A stretch of 62,750 bases of DNA, the filler included, from Basidioascus undulatus (lineage: Eukaryota): the NCBI GenBank assembly GCA_000826855.1. It is 20 parts of 20 records of this genome, joined end to end, with 100 filler letters (N's around TTAATTAATTAA, not from the genome) between each part and the next. Parts side by side here need not be neighbours in the genome. Positions count along the whole stretch, not along the records: positions 50,190 to 52,215 come from JTLS01002984.1; positions 52,316 to 54,293 come from JTLS01002985.1; positions 54,394 to 56,409 come from JTLS01002986.1; positions 56,510 to 58,525 come from JTLS01002987.1; positions 58,626 to 60,639 come from JTLS01002988.1; positions 60,740 to 62,750 come from JTLS01002989.1; 14 more parts are not named here. One strand, given 5' to 3'. Below, piece by piece: positions 50,190 to 61,356 of this stretch (position 1 is the stretch's first letter; each line of letters opens with the position of its first letter). The notes under the pieces are model-generated. The model searched no databases, was not told the origin of the DNA, and worked only from the letters and a program-made list of their open reading frames with translations. The translations under genes and the position numbers were made by a program.

Positions 50190-50640
50190 GCCTGGGCAGC
50201 AATCTCCTCCTCCTCCTGCCACTTGACCGCCTCCATGCGCCCCTCGACGTAGTCGAGCACGCGGCTGACGCGCATCCCCTCTGCGGACTCGAGGTCGAGG
50301 CCGGACTGGATGAAGCGCTGGATGTCGGCGAGGCAGGCGAGGTACCCCGCCGAGAAGTGGCGCTTGTTGGCGTTGAGCGACTCCTTGTACAGCTGCGTGA
50401 TTGAGGTGGCGGCATCTGTGAATGCCACCGTGGTCAGTGTCCATCTACCCCTGCACTATTCCTTCAGAATTTTCCTCACTCTTGAAAGAAGACATCCTGT
50501 GAAAGAAAGGGGTCAGCGCCTGACCGGGCAGATGGAGCGGGTGTGGTGTGGTGGACGCACAAGTCCTTCTCAGCGGCCGCAAGATGTCCGGACGGCAGCG
50601 ATTCGCGCAGGCCGGCAGCGAGCCCTGCAAACGAGTCCAT
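50190..50640 (-). CDS. HAPSTR1/C16orf72 (DUF4588)-like protein, 3' partial
   Basis: AAEKDL...FTDAATSITQLYKESLNANKRHFSAGY...DI resembles the recalled HAPSTR1 block FQNAATAVTNLYKES...GY. Confidence 0.6.
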
Positions 50641-50911
50641 CGTCGTGGTCGTAACCGGTGTCGTGGCGGTCGTGTCGGGCGGTATATGCAAGCGGGTTGA
50701 GGGTGCAGGGGTGGATGGTGGTGACTGGTCGACCGACTTGGAAGGCACGGCAAGCCAGTTGGTGGGCGCGCCGGAAGGGCCTGGAGCGTGAACTGTCGAA
50801 ACGCCGAAAGGAGGCTGGCTTCGCTTGGAGACGTCACATCCGAGTCTTCTCTTTCACCTACTTCCACTTTCTCTCATATCTTCTTATTTACACGTAGATC
50901 TTTTTACTGAT

Positions 50912-51913
50912 ATGTTGAATCGATCACATACAATTTCGATATCTAATGCACTTCGAGCGGCGTCATCGCCACTTTCGAACATCTCCAGGCCCTTCACATG
51001 CTCACCTGGCTGTTCCGCTCCCAAACGTGAGCGTCGTCGAGCGACCCCAGAGAGGCGAGAGTACTTTTATCATGTCGATGTGCGCCTTGAAACCAGACAG
51101 CACTCTTCCAAAGTCCTTCAAAATCTGAAGCCGTCGCCTTGCAGATCCATGGGCAGCTGTTCCTCGCTGACACTGAACCGAAGAACATCACCTCCTGTCC
51201 GCACATTTTTCAAATCCATTTGCTATAAGTTATTCTGAAAACGGCCCTCATTCAGGTTTCAAAAATCCCGAGTTCCTAGACTTCTTCTTCAAGCGGCTCG
51301 GTTCGTCTTCCGACTTTCATCTACCCCACCCTCCTGGCAGTCACTCGACTGTACTCGCTCCAAAGCTCATTTCAAGCCCATCGAATCATCTCTCAGGACC
51401 CAACCGACATATGTCCTGCAAACCACCCGATTCCTCGCACCTCCTACCTCACCTCACGTCTGGCTACCGCTGGCTATCGCCCTGCGGCCCCGAGCTGAAC
51501 TACGTCTCCTGCGCCCCAGGCGGGACGCCCCTCGTCTTCCGGGACCTCACCTCCAGTCCGTTCCTTCCTACCCTCCTTCCTTCCCGTCGCTCACGGCTCT
51601 ATTTCTCCGCCCAGACAACCTCTACTACGCCGGCACCCTCCTCACGCCCTTCTCGCCCTCCTCGCTCGTCGTGGACCCCAGCACTGGGTATCTCTTCCAC
51701 CCCTCCCCCGCGCCATCCGCAGCGCCCTCGCCGTCGCGATACTCGCTCTTGGCGAGTGGGCTCGTCTTGTCTAGGCTGGCGGACGTGCTCGAGCTGGATC
51801 TGGAGGGGCCTGGGAAAGGGAGGGGCGAGAGCGAGGGCGGGAGACTTGTTTGGGAGGGGAGGGGGTATGGGATCGGGGTGATGAAGAGGCCGGTGGAGGA
51901 GCGGGTGGAATAG
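50912..51913 (+). CDS. UPF0598 / C8orf82 (DUF4505) family protein, probably mitochondrial, multi-exon
   Basis: Presequence, then REYFYHVD|..KNITSC|FKNPEFLDFFFKRL..YRWLSPCGPELNYVSC..TPLVF..GYLFHP. Confidence 0.85.
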
Positions 51914-52315
51914 AGACGTAGATGTGCGGGTGAGGATGGGGGGATGGGGGGATGGTGCATGAGATGAGGGCCACGAGAATGGCGTATTCGACCGCCTCGC
52001 GACTGTCATACGGCCTGCTTTGATCAAATCTTTTTTGGAAAGTATTATTGAAGTAATGATGCCATACAGCTTGACATTCCTGTCGCGGGTCTCGCCGCTG
52101 TGAGCTACATCTCCGCGGGAAGTCCTCGGACCAGCAGCATCACCACGCGACGCAACCACCACCGCAGCCTTCATTCACTGCTCCCACCTCCCCCTCCCAA
52201 CCACCTCCAAATCCANNNNNNNNNNNNNNNNNNNNNNNNNNNNNNNNNNNNNNNNNNNNTTAATTAATTAANNNNNNNNNNNNNNNNNNNNNNNNNNNNN
52301 NNNNNNNNNNNNNNN

Positions 52316-53078
52316 CCTCCCCCTCCCCCAACAACCCCCCCGCCTCTCCTCCAATACCCGCCTCCCTCCTTACACCAAGTACGCCCTCCCTCCTCCTCCG
52401 CATCTCCTCCTCCTCCCTTGCCTCCGCGTCCCCGCCGAGCGCCCACAGCCCGGCAGGCTCAAGGCGCGTTTTGGCCCACGAGCGGAGGCGCGAGGGGAGG
52501 AGGAAGGTGGTTGGCGGGTAGTGTGGGGCTGCGAGGAGCTTCCGGGTGAGGGAGGGGTAGTTGGGCGGGAGGGAGAAGAGGGAGTGCGCCTTCGGAAGAG
52601 GGGGGGTTAGCTGGCACTGTGTCGAGTACATAAAAGAACAAGAGGAATTGAAGGTTGTGATTGGGAAAGGGGTCAAAGGAAGACGCACCAGCAGATCCCC
52701 CGCCTTCTCCTCAATCAGCGCCCTCCACGCCACGGCCTCCGCGCGATCCTCCTTACTCAAACGCTCATCGACCCTCGCGCCCTCGCGCTCCGCAACATAC
52801 TTGATGATGTTGCCCGCGCCCTCGATCGGCGGCCCGAGGAAGGGGGCCTCCAGGAGAAAGGGCACGGCGGAGGACGTAGAGGGCACGAGCGCAAAGGTGT
52901 TGGTGTGGTGCAGCTGGAGGTAGGAGAGCGCGAGGAGCGAGGGCGGATCGAGGGTCGGCTGTTGGGCAAGGAGGGAGAGGTTAGAGGACGGGGATGAGGG
53001 AGGGGAAGGCGTGCGTACGACGGAGGGTGTTCCAGCGGGGAGGATATAGAGATGGTATTTATACTCGCTGTCGTCCAT
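52316..53078 (-). CDS. SAM37: Metaxin-1 / Sam37 (Tom37) SAM complex subunit, 3' partial
   Basis: PTLDPPSLLALSYL, VPFL..GAGNIIKYV, DERLSKEDRAEAVAWRALIEEKAGDLL and NYPSLTR..LPSRLR. Confidence 0.8.
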
Positions 53079-53196
53079 TTTGAGCAAAATTAAGGGCAAG
53101 AGTGAGCGAAGGAGGCGATGATGGTTAGGCGCAACCCTGGCGAGGGCGTCTTCTCGCTTGCTGCCGTCCGGTATTCGCCCTTTGCCCTCAACGGCC

Positions 53197-54293
<1,097 letters not shown>

Positions 54294-54393
54294 NNNNNNN
54301 NNNNNNNNNNNNNNNNNNNNNNNNNNNNNNNNNNNNNTTAATTAATTAANNNNNNNNNNNNNNNNNNNNNNNNNNNNNNNNNNNNNNNNNNNN

Positions 54394-54970
54394 CTCTTGC
54401 CCTCCTCTTAGCCTTGTCCTCTATTCCTCGCCATACATCCTGCATCTTGTCACCAACCCTGCTGGTAGTCCCCGCTGCAGTCTGTCTTACCCAGCCCAGT
54501 CCTGACAGGTATCCGGCAATGTGAATGAGTGGGTTCAACAGACCACCAGCACCATGTCCACAAGTACTTACAATGCGCAATTAAAGTAAGCTCATTTGGG
54601 TGCCAAATAGAGCAAATTACATCACAAGCAGTTCTCCAGTTGGGCAAAGAATGAGTTCACCAAAGGCTGCATGCAGCAGTGTGACACTTGCCTGCACTTT
54701 GCTCTGTATGGTTCACCCCTACACCTTGCTCAGTGCTCCTCAGTGCTTTTTCAGGTCAGAACCATTGTGACATGTGCAGCATTGTTGACATTGTGTGAAG
54801 CCAAGCCACCTGCCCTGCCATCTAGTTGACACTAGCATGCTTGACAGACGCAAGACATTCCAGCCCATGCCTGCAAGTTGTGCTGGTCCGTCTGATGGTC
54901 CTTTCAGCTTCCAGCCGCAAAACATAGGGGTTGGAGTACATACGTACAACAGGCAAAACAGATAACACAA
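54394..54970. repeat. CpG-depleted (TpG/CpA-rich) degenerate repeat or TE remnant
   Basis: About 8 CpG in 570 nt and none over about 54580-54845, in an otherwise CpG-rich genome. No recognisable ORF. Confidence 0.55.
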
Positions 54971-54976
54971 AGGTAA

Positions 54977-55048
54977 TTCCCCGTCCGGGAATCGAACCCG
55001 GGGCTGGGCGGTGAGAACACCCGATGTTAGCCACTACACCAACGAGGA
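54977..55048 (-). tRNA. tRNA-Glu(CUC), intronless
   Basis: Reverse complement is TCCTCGTTGGTGTAGTGGCTAACATCGGGTGTT[CTC]ACCGCCCAGCCCCGGGTTCGATTCCCGGACGGGGAA. Confidence 0.95.
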
Positions 55049-55250
55049 CCTGTCAGGAATTGACCATTTAATTCTGAATGCTTTCAAGAGCTCGTTTCAA
55101 GGCAGCCTCCTACAGATATCAATTCCCAGCCTCAAAGTGCAAGGGTTTGACCTGAAAATTCTATGATCAAACGATGAAGAGGTCCACATCAACTTCCATC
55201 GTCGCGAGCCTGCGCAACTGCTGCGGCGCTTTCAAGAGTACAGCCGAATA

Positions 55251-56409
55251 ATGAAGGCGCCCGGCGGGTCATGCACTCCAGGTTGCCCTCCAATGATGAC
55301 CTCCCCCCCTCCAGTTCCACGGTCTCCCTCCCCCTTTTTTTCCGACGCCCTCCCAACATACTGCGATTCCCCGCCGCCGTGCGACTACTACTACGACCCG
55401 TCGTACGCCCCTGCGATCGGCGAGTCTCCGCCGCCCGCACCCACAGCCGACCCTTTGTGCGTCTCCATTCTCTTCTCGCAAACCCCGCAAGACTGACGTT
55501 TGGTGTGTACTCGGCAGGCATGTCTGCTGGAACTGCGGCTCAGAATCACATCAGCTGCGGGACTGCCCTGAGCCGCGCGATAGCGAGGCCATCGCAGTTC
55601 GGAGGGAGGCGTTCAGGGACGCGCAGAGCGCGGACGACGCGAGTGGGAGTATTGTACGGTTCTCTGGGCGGTTGCATGAGGTGCGCGCTCCATTTCTCTC
55701 CCCGCAATTCTCTGCCGCTGATGAGAAAGTCGAGACTCCCAGGCCGAAAGCGCCCGCGCCCGCGCGCTGTCGTACCTCACTGACTTCTCGCCCGGCAGCG
55801 TCTCGCCCGCGCTTCGCGCCGCGCTGGACGTCGGGCCCGAGCCAGAGGCCGAGATGCCGTGGTACCGATGGATGCTCAAGTGGGGGTACCCGTCCGGGTA
55901 CGCGACGCGCCGGGACGCGCTCCCTGCGGTGCGCGAGCGCATCATGGGCCGCAGCCGCTTTGATGAGGACGACCTCCTCGCGATCTTTGGGGAAGACGCG
56001 CCGGGGGTCGAAGAGGGGTATGAGCTGCGGGAGCGGGATGGAGCGGGAGGAGAGGACGAGAACGAGTTGGAGGGGTTGGAGGAAGAGGACGTAGAGACGA
56101 CGGATGGGTCCAGCATGTCCTGCTCGTCGGCTACCCCACCCACATTCTCCACCCCAACCCGCCGCGTCATCTACCCCACCACGCTGTTTGACTCGCGCCT
56201 CCTCCCGGTGTACTCCTCCGCGCGCCCCATCCCCCTCCCGCGCTCCATGAACCACTACGCGCAGCTCCCGCCGCCGCCCTCGCAATGGGGCAAGCGACCC
56301 GCGGACGCGCCGGATGATGAAGTGGACGGGTGGGACGCGGTGAGGAGGAGATCGCGCCATGTGAGAGAAGAGAGAGAGCGAGGTGGTACGCCGCACGCAT
56401 CGAATTGGG
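55251..56409 (+). CDS. ZCCHC8-like zinc-knuckle + PSP-domain protein, 3' partial
   Basis: Exon 2 is VCWNCGSESHQLRDCPEPRD (CCHC). Exon 3 is FSPGSVSPALRAAL...MPWYRWMLKWGYPSGY (PSP). The start could be 55251 or 55293. Confidence 0.8.
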
Positions 56410-56509
56410 NNNNNNNNNNNNNNNNNNNNNNNNNNNNNNNNNNNNNNNNNNNNTTAATTAATTAANNNNNNNNNNNNNNNNNNNNNNNNNNNNNNNNNNN
56501 NNNNNNNNN

Positions 56510-57098
56510 GCGCCCGCCGTTCAGCGTGCCGTCGACCCCGCCCGTGGCGACGACCCCTCTGCCCGCGGAGGACAGCCCGCTCGTCGCCGTCGCCAAGGCC
56601 TTCTCCCCGAAGCTGTGGAAGCGCGCTTCGCAGTCCTCCGCCGCGATCAGCCAGCACCACCCGACCTCCTCCGTGTTCCCGACGGCTCAGCCACCGCCGA
56701 GCCAGCCGCCGACGCCGGCGATCGCCCCCATGCTGCCGCGGGCCAAGCGCGTCGTCTCGATGCCCGCCCAGCCGCGCAACGGGCAGCTCCGCCCTGGTTC
56801 GCGCCAGCCGTCCGAGACGAGTGAGAGCACGACGTCGCACTCGGCGTGCGCGTGCGGAGACCCGCTCCACCCTGCCCCGCCGACGCCCACGGGGCCTTCG
56901 ACGCCCGCGACGCCCGCGCGTCCGCCGGCGATGAGCGTCGACTTCCCGTGCAGCGCCACGCACGAGCCCGAGGGGTCCGGCGTGACCGCTCCCGTCTCTG
57001 GCGGGTCGTCGTCCCTCGGCGTGCGCAACAAGGTCCGGAGGCTCCGGCGCGGCAGCTCGGCCAAGGACAAGTCGGACAAGGATTGCGTCATCATGTGA
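56510..57098 (+). CDS. 3' end of a Pro/Ser-rich protein with polybasic region and CaaX box
   Basis: Ends RNKVRRLRRGSSAKDKSDKDCVIM*. Confidence 0.75.
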
Positions 57099-57731
57099 AA
57101 GCGGTCCTTCAATCGACCCTCCCTCTCCTCAGTCCCTTCATTTGTCTCTCGTCCCCTCCCTCATCTCATCTCACACACATCACGCACTCCATCCTTTGCC
57201 CTTGCTCCTGACACATGTTTATCGTCTCCAGCACTCGGACCCTTCGTGCCCTATTTACTTCTTCCTTCTCATTCTCCTCTCTGTGTGTTTATGCTCTGCA
57301 TTCCTCTCGCCTCGTTCACCTTCCTGTCCGTTGCATGCCTTGCATTTGTTACTTCCCCCCTGTTCTTTACCACTTCGCATTGTCTTCCTGTTTCTCGCTC
57401 CACATACACACACACACGACTGTCCCGATTCCCGTTCCACTTGCATCTGCTTTCTCGCTTTGTGGTATGCCACCACTACCCCATGACTACCCCCATACTG
57501 CCCCTCTTGGATTCCCCCACTCTGTCGAGTGACCTTCCCTATGTCCTGGATGCATCATCTCTGTCTCGCCTCTGTGCGTGCGGAAGCCGCTGTCTGCGTG
57601 TGCAACTTGAACTTGCTTGACAGAGCGCCCGGCAAGAGATTGTGCAAACGGTTGAATGTGAGGTGCAAGATGTGCGGGATGCAATGAGTACAACAACGGG
57701 ACTATTTCTACAGGTCCTGGTCGGCGGCCAT

Positions 57732-58525
57732 TCAATGTTGCGGCAGTGTGCCGCCCTGCGAGTATAGAACGAAGCGCGGGGCGTCTGATGAGCTGCGCAG
57801 CGGCAAGGGAAGGGAGCGAGGATCGGTGATCGCGTACCGAGACTTGGTAATAATGCGACGCAATTTCCGGCAGCCATTCTGGCTCGATGACGGTGAGGTC
57901 TGTACAGACAACAAGAACGAAGGGAAACAGTCAGCCGCAGGTGCGTTGGATTGGGAGTGGGGAAGGCGGCGAACCCCGGATGAATGTCTTGGTGGTTTCG
58001 ATAACCTACGTTTGATTGCGTGGAGTAGGTCAGCGGTATGCGTCAGGGAGAAGAAATAGGATGTGATGCGCACCTCATGGTAAATGACGTATTTCGTCGA
58101 AGGCGTTCTCGTAAAGAGCACCGAAGACGGATGGACATGGAGGACCTGTTCCCGCACATCAGCTGCTTCGTCCTGGTCCTTCTTTCCCCCCTCCCCTGCT
58201 CCAGCGACTCACCGCCCCCTCCCTCACGCTCCTATACGTCCCGTCAGCGCTCCACCTCGCCGCGTTCTTAAAGTACCCGCTGACGAGGCAGCGCCTCAAG
58301 CGGCGATGGTCGCCCTCGCAGCTCGTGTCCGTGGCAATCCCGAAGCGCTGGAGGTATTTTACGAGCTGCGCGCGGATCGAGACGGCCCGGCTGAGGGCCT
58401 TGAAGTTGAGCCGGTGCGCGTGCGCCCATTTCGCGGACTTTTGGCCTGTGCGGGTGAAGGCGTTGAAGACTGCGTGAGGGGGAGGGTGGGGTCGGACTCG
58501 GCGAGGCTGCAGGACGAGCGAGGGG
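57732..58525 (-). CDS. DHX35: DEAH-box RNA helicase DHX35-like, C-terminal HA2/OB-fold part
   Basis: VFNAF...KWAHAHRLNFKALSRAVSIRAQL, RCLVSGYFKNAAR, LHVHPSSVLF...YVIYHE|VIETTKTFI|RDLTVIEPEWLPEIASHYY..|GGTLPQH*. Confidence 0.85.
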
Positions 58526-58625
58526 NNNNNNNNNNNNNNNNNNNNNNNNNNNNNNNNNNNNNNNNNNNNTTAATTAATTAANNNNNNNNNNNNNNNNNNN
58601 NNNNNNNNNNNNNNNNNNNNNNNNN

Positions 58626-59509
58626 AGCGAGGGGGGAGGGGGAAGGGACCCCCATTCGAGGTAATACGTCTCGAATTGGGGGGAGGCGGGCGTGTGCGAC
58701 GCGGTGGGGAGGGGGAGGACGAAGGCGGGGTAGCGCTGCGCGCGGCGGAGGAGGGTAGAGTATGTGGGGGTCGGGATGGATGCTGAGAGCGTGTTGAGCT
58801 TCGAGGCGTGGTGTGACGTCCAGAGCTTGGAGAGCGTGCTGGGCGGGAGGGGAAGGACGAGGGGCAGGTTGAGGATTTGGGAGAGGGGCTGTCCGGACCG
58901 CGGGGTCCATCAACCATCAATCAGCGCATTCTCCCAGCCCTCTTCTTTGAGAGCGAAGGGAAGAAAGAAGACACACCTTTACCCCCGTCCCGTCGCCCTC
59001 CTTCCTTCCCTCTACCTTCCTTACACTCCCAACGAAGTACTCGTCCCTCTCCGGGGCAGCCTTGAGTTGCGCCGGGTCCGGCACGGGCGCCTCAACGGCG
59101 GCCTCCTTCTCCGCCTTCTCCTCCACCACTACGTTCTCCTTCTCCGCGGGAGGATCCGCCGCCTTCTTCGGCTGCGCAGCGGGAATCTTGCGCTTCTTCA
59201 GCTCTTCGAGGGTGGGGAGTCCCTCCCTACACCACTCCTCCCCAATCAGCAATCACAAAAATAAAGAAAAAGAAGAGGAAGGGGAGGACAGGGGGGGAGA
59301 AAGGGAGAACCAACGCACTCCTCCATCTTCCTCTTCAGCTTGTCCGCATACTTGAGCTCGTGCGCCTTGCGCGTCAGCTCGAGCTGCTCCCGCACCGACA
59401 GGCCCTCCCGCTCCCCGTTCGACTCCAGGAGCGGGCGCGTCGTGTGCAGGCGCCGGGAGAAGAGAGAGGTAGTGCGCCTGAGTGGGAGGGCGCGCGGGAG
59501 GCGGAGCAT
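58626..59509 (-). CDS. ATP11: Mitochondrial F1-ATPase assembly chaperone Atp11, 3' partial
   Basis: Presequence, KYADKLKRKMEE|EGL..LEELK, and VK|PLSQILNL..LW..H..LSASIP..Y..RYPAFVLPLP. Confidence 0.88.
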
Positions 59510-59799
59510 TGTGCAGGGGATGGTGAGGGTGGGGAGGCGAAGAGAGAAGACGCAAGAGGACGGAAGGATGTGGATGGATTGTTTGGCGCTTGGAAAGCTG
59601 GGACGGTCGACGTGACGTAGTTTGTTTGGCCACTAGTCTGCTGCCCTGGTTATTTCTTTTGCAGTTTTTGATCTGATTGCAAAAGCCGAAACTTGTCCAG
59701 CGGCCTATGTTTGCAGTCCACACCTTACACATTCGACTGTGCTCTATGCTGTACGGGTGTGGTGCCAAATTGAGACTACACCTTACATGGTCCATTCAT

Positions 59800-60560
59800 A
59801 AGTTGCTAGTGAAGAGCACCTGGGAAGGAGACCTCAAAGCGTGGAATGCCAGGCCTGGGGGGCTGTGGCCTGCTTTGCTGCCAACTACATGAGTTTTGCC
59901 CCTGGACTGTCCTGCAAGGGAGGACCGGCTCTCAGTGAAGAGCATGTGAGTGAAGGGACATCATTGACTGAAGAAGTGTTTTAACAGATGGTTTGAACCG
60001 TCTTCTTGAGGGAACTGTTGTCTCTCAATGAAATTTTTCCCTCAAGTGTAGGACTTTCTCTCATTGAATGACAGTCATTGAGTGAAGGACAAGGCAGACT
60101 GTCTCTGAGTGAAGGACTGCCCTGACAAAGAAACTGTCCTTCCATGACCTGTGTCAGGAAATGTAGACACCTGCAGATATGTACAGGAAGTCCCTGAGGA
60201 ACTGAACAGAGGATGTCTACCAAATTAAACAGAGGGTGTCTGCCAGTGTAGACATGGGATGTCTGCCACTGTGGATGCAGCATGTTTGCCAGCATAGACA
60301 TAGGGTGTCTGCAAGGTGTCTATGAGTGTGATGTCTGCAACTATCTGCAACTACAGACAGGGAGTGCCTTGCAAAGGTAGATAATTGTTGTCTGCCTGTG
60401 CACCCGAGGGAGGCTTGCAAGGGTAGATGGGGGTGTAAGCATACAGGGGGGGGTTCCCTAAGCAGACATGCAATAATGCTTGAATGAATACCAAGGGCTG
60501 TTCTCACAGGGATACTGTTCTCAGCACCCGGATACCCTCTCACGCATTACAGGGTTGTCC
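59800..60560. repeat. CpG-depleted degenerate element with short internal direct repeats
   Basis: About five CpG in 59821-60540. GAGTGAAGG(G)AC x3 (about 59948, 60080, 60107) and several GGTGTCTGC/GATGTCTGC units (60235-60350). Confidence 0.6.
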
Positions 60561-60639
60561 AAAAAATATGTGCTGGCAAGCCAGCATCCTTCTCTGGGAA
60601 AGCGTGTCATCCTTGTGCAGGGGCCATGCTAATCTTCTC
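60561..60639 (-). ncRNA. U6: U6 snRNA, 3' part (5' end lost at contig break)
   Basis: Reverse complement GAGAAGATTAGCATGGCCCCTGCACAAGGATGACACGC...CATATTTTTT contains the end of the ACAGAGA box, the AGC triad, the ISL and the oligo-U terminus. Confidence 0.93.
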
Positions 60640-60739
60640 NNNNNNNNNNNNNNNNNNNNNNNNNNNNNNNNNNNNNNNNNNNNTTAATTAATTAANNNNN
60701 NNNNNNNNNNNNNNNNNNNNNNNNNNNNNNNNNNNNNNN

Positions 60740-61103
60740 TGCGGACTGCGGACTGCATCTGATGCGGGGGGGACACAGCGGGGGAGGGGCTGGGGGTCAG
60801 AGTGGAATCTGATGAAGTGGAGGAGGCGGGGTGTGTGGGGGCTGTATGTGTGTCCGGGCGGGAGTGGTAAGGATGAGCTTTGTACGAAGGAGAGCGACGC
60901 ACGGGGTGGACGATCGCCGTCGCCATCAGCCTCTGGGTGGCTCAGCCTCGCTTTCTTCGGCTCGGCAGGATGCTCTGTGAGATAGACTCTCCCTTCAGCA
61001 CGCACAACACGGCATAGGATGGAGAAGGATGGAGAAGGGACTCACCGTCTTCGCCCGCCCCGTCCGACGCCCTCTTCGCGCGCCCAGCGTCGTCGCTGCC
61101 CAT
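60740..61103 (-). CDS. 5' end of a hypothetical protein with an NLS-like motif (PKKARL)
   Basis: MGSDDAGRAKRASDGAGED|EHPAEPKKARLS..., with a GTGAGT donor. Confidence 0.55.
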
Positions 61104-61356
61104 GGTTCGTTCAGTCGCTGCGGACCGAGCGGCTGTGATCCCAGGGGGATGCCCGACTCGTCTGCGCTAAAGAGCTGAGTGTGCGCGGCGCTGAGCGTCA
61201 GTCGGTCGTGGTCGAGAGCAAAGAAGGGCGCGCCCCCGACGCGCGTCGTCGCAAGTCAGACGCGCCGCCTCCTGCGCTCGTTCAATCGCGCGACGTCACT
61301 CCCCTGCCTGTCTCTCGCTCATCGACCACATCGACCACCCTTCCTCGCTATCCCCA

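Noticed and set aside
59990..59999. B-box-like GGTTCAAACC on the U6 strand
   Set aside because: It is about 570 nt beyond the U6 terminator, inside a decayed repeat. That is too distant and too short to support.
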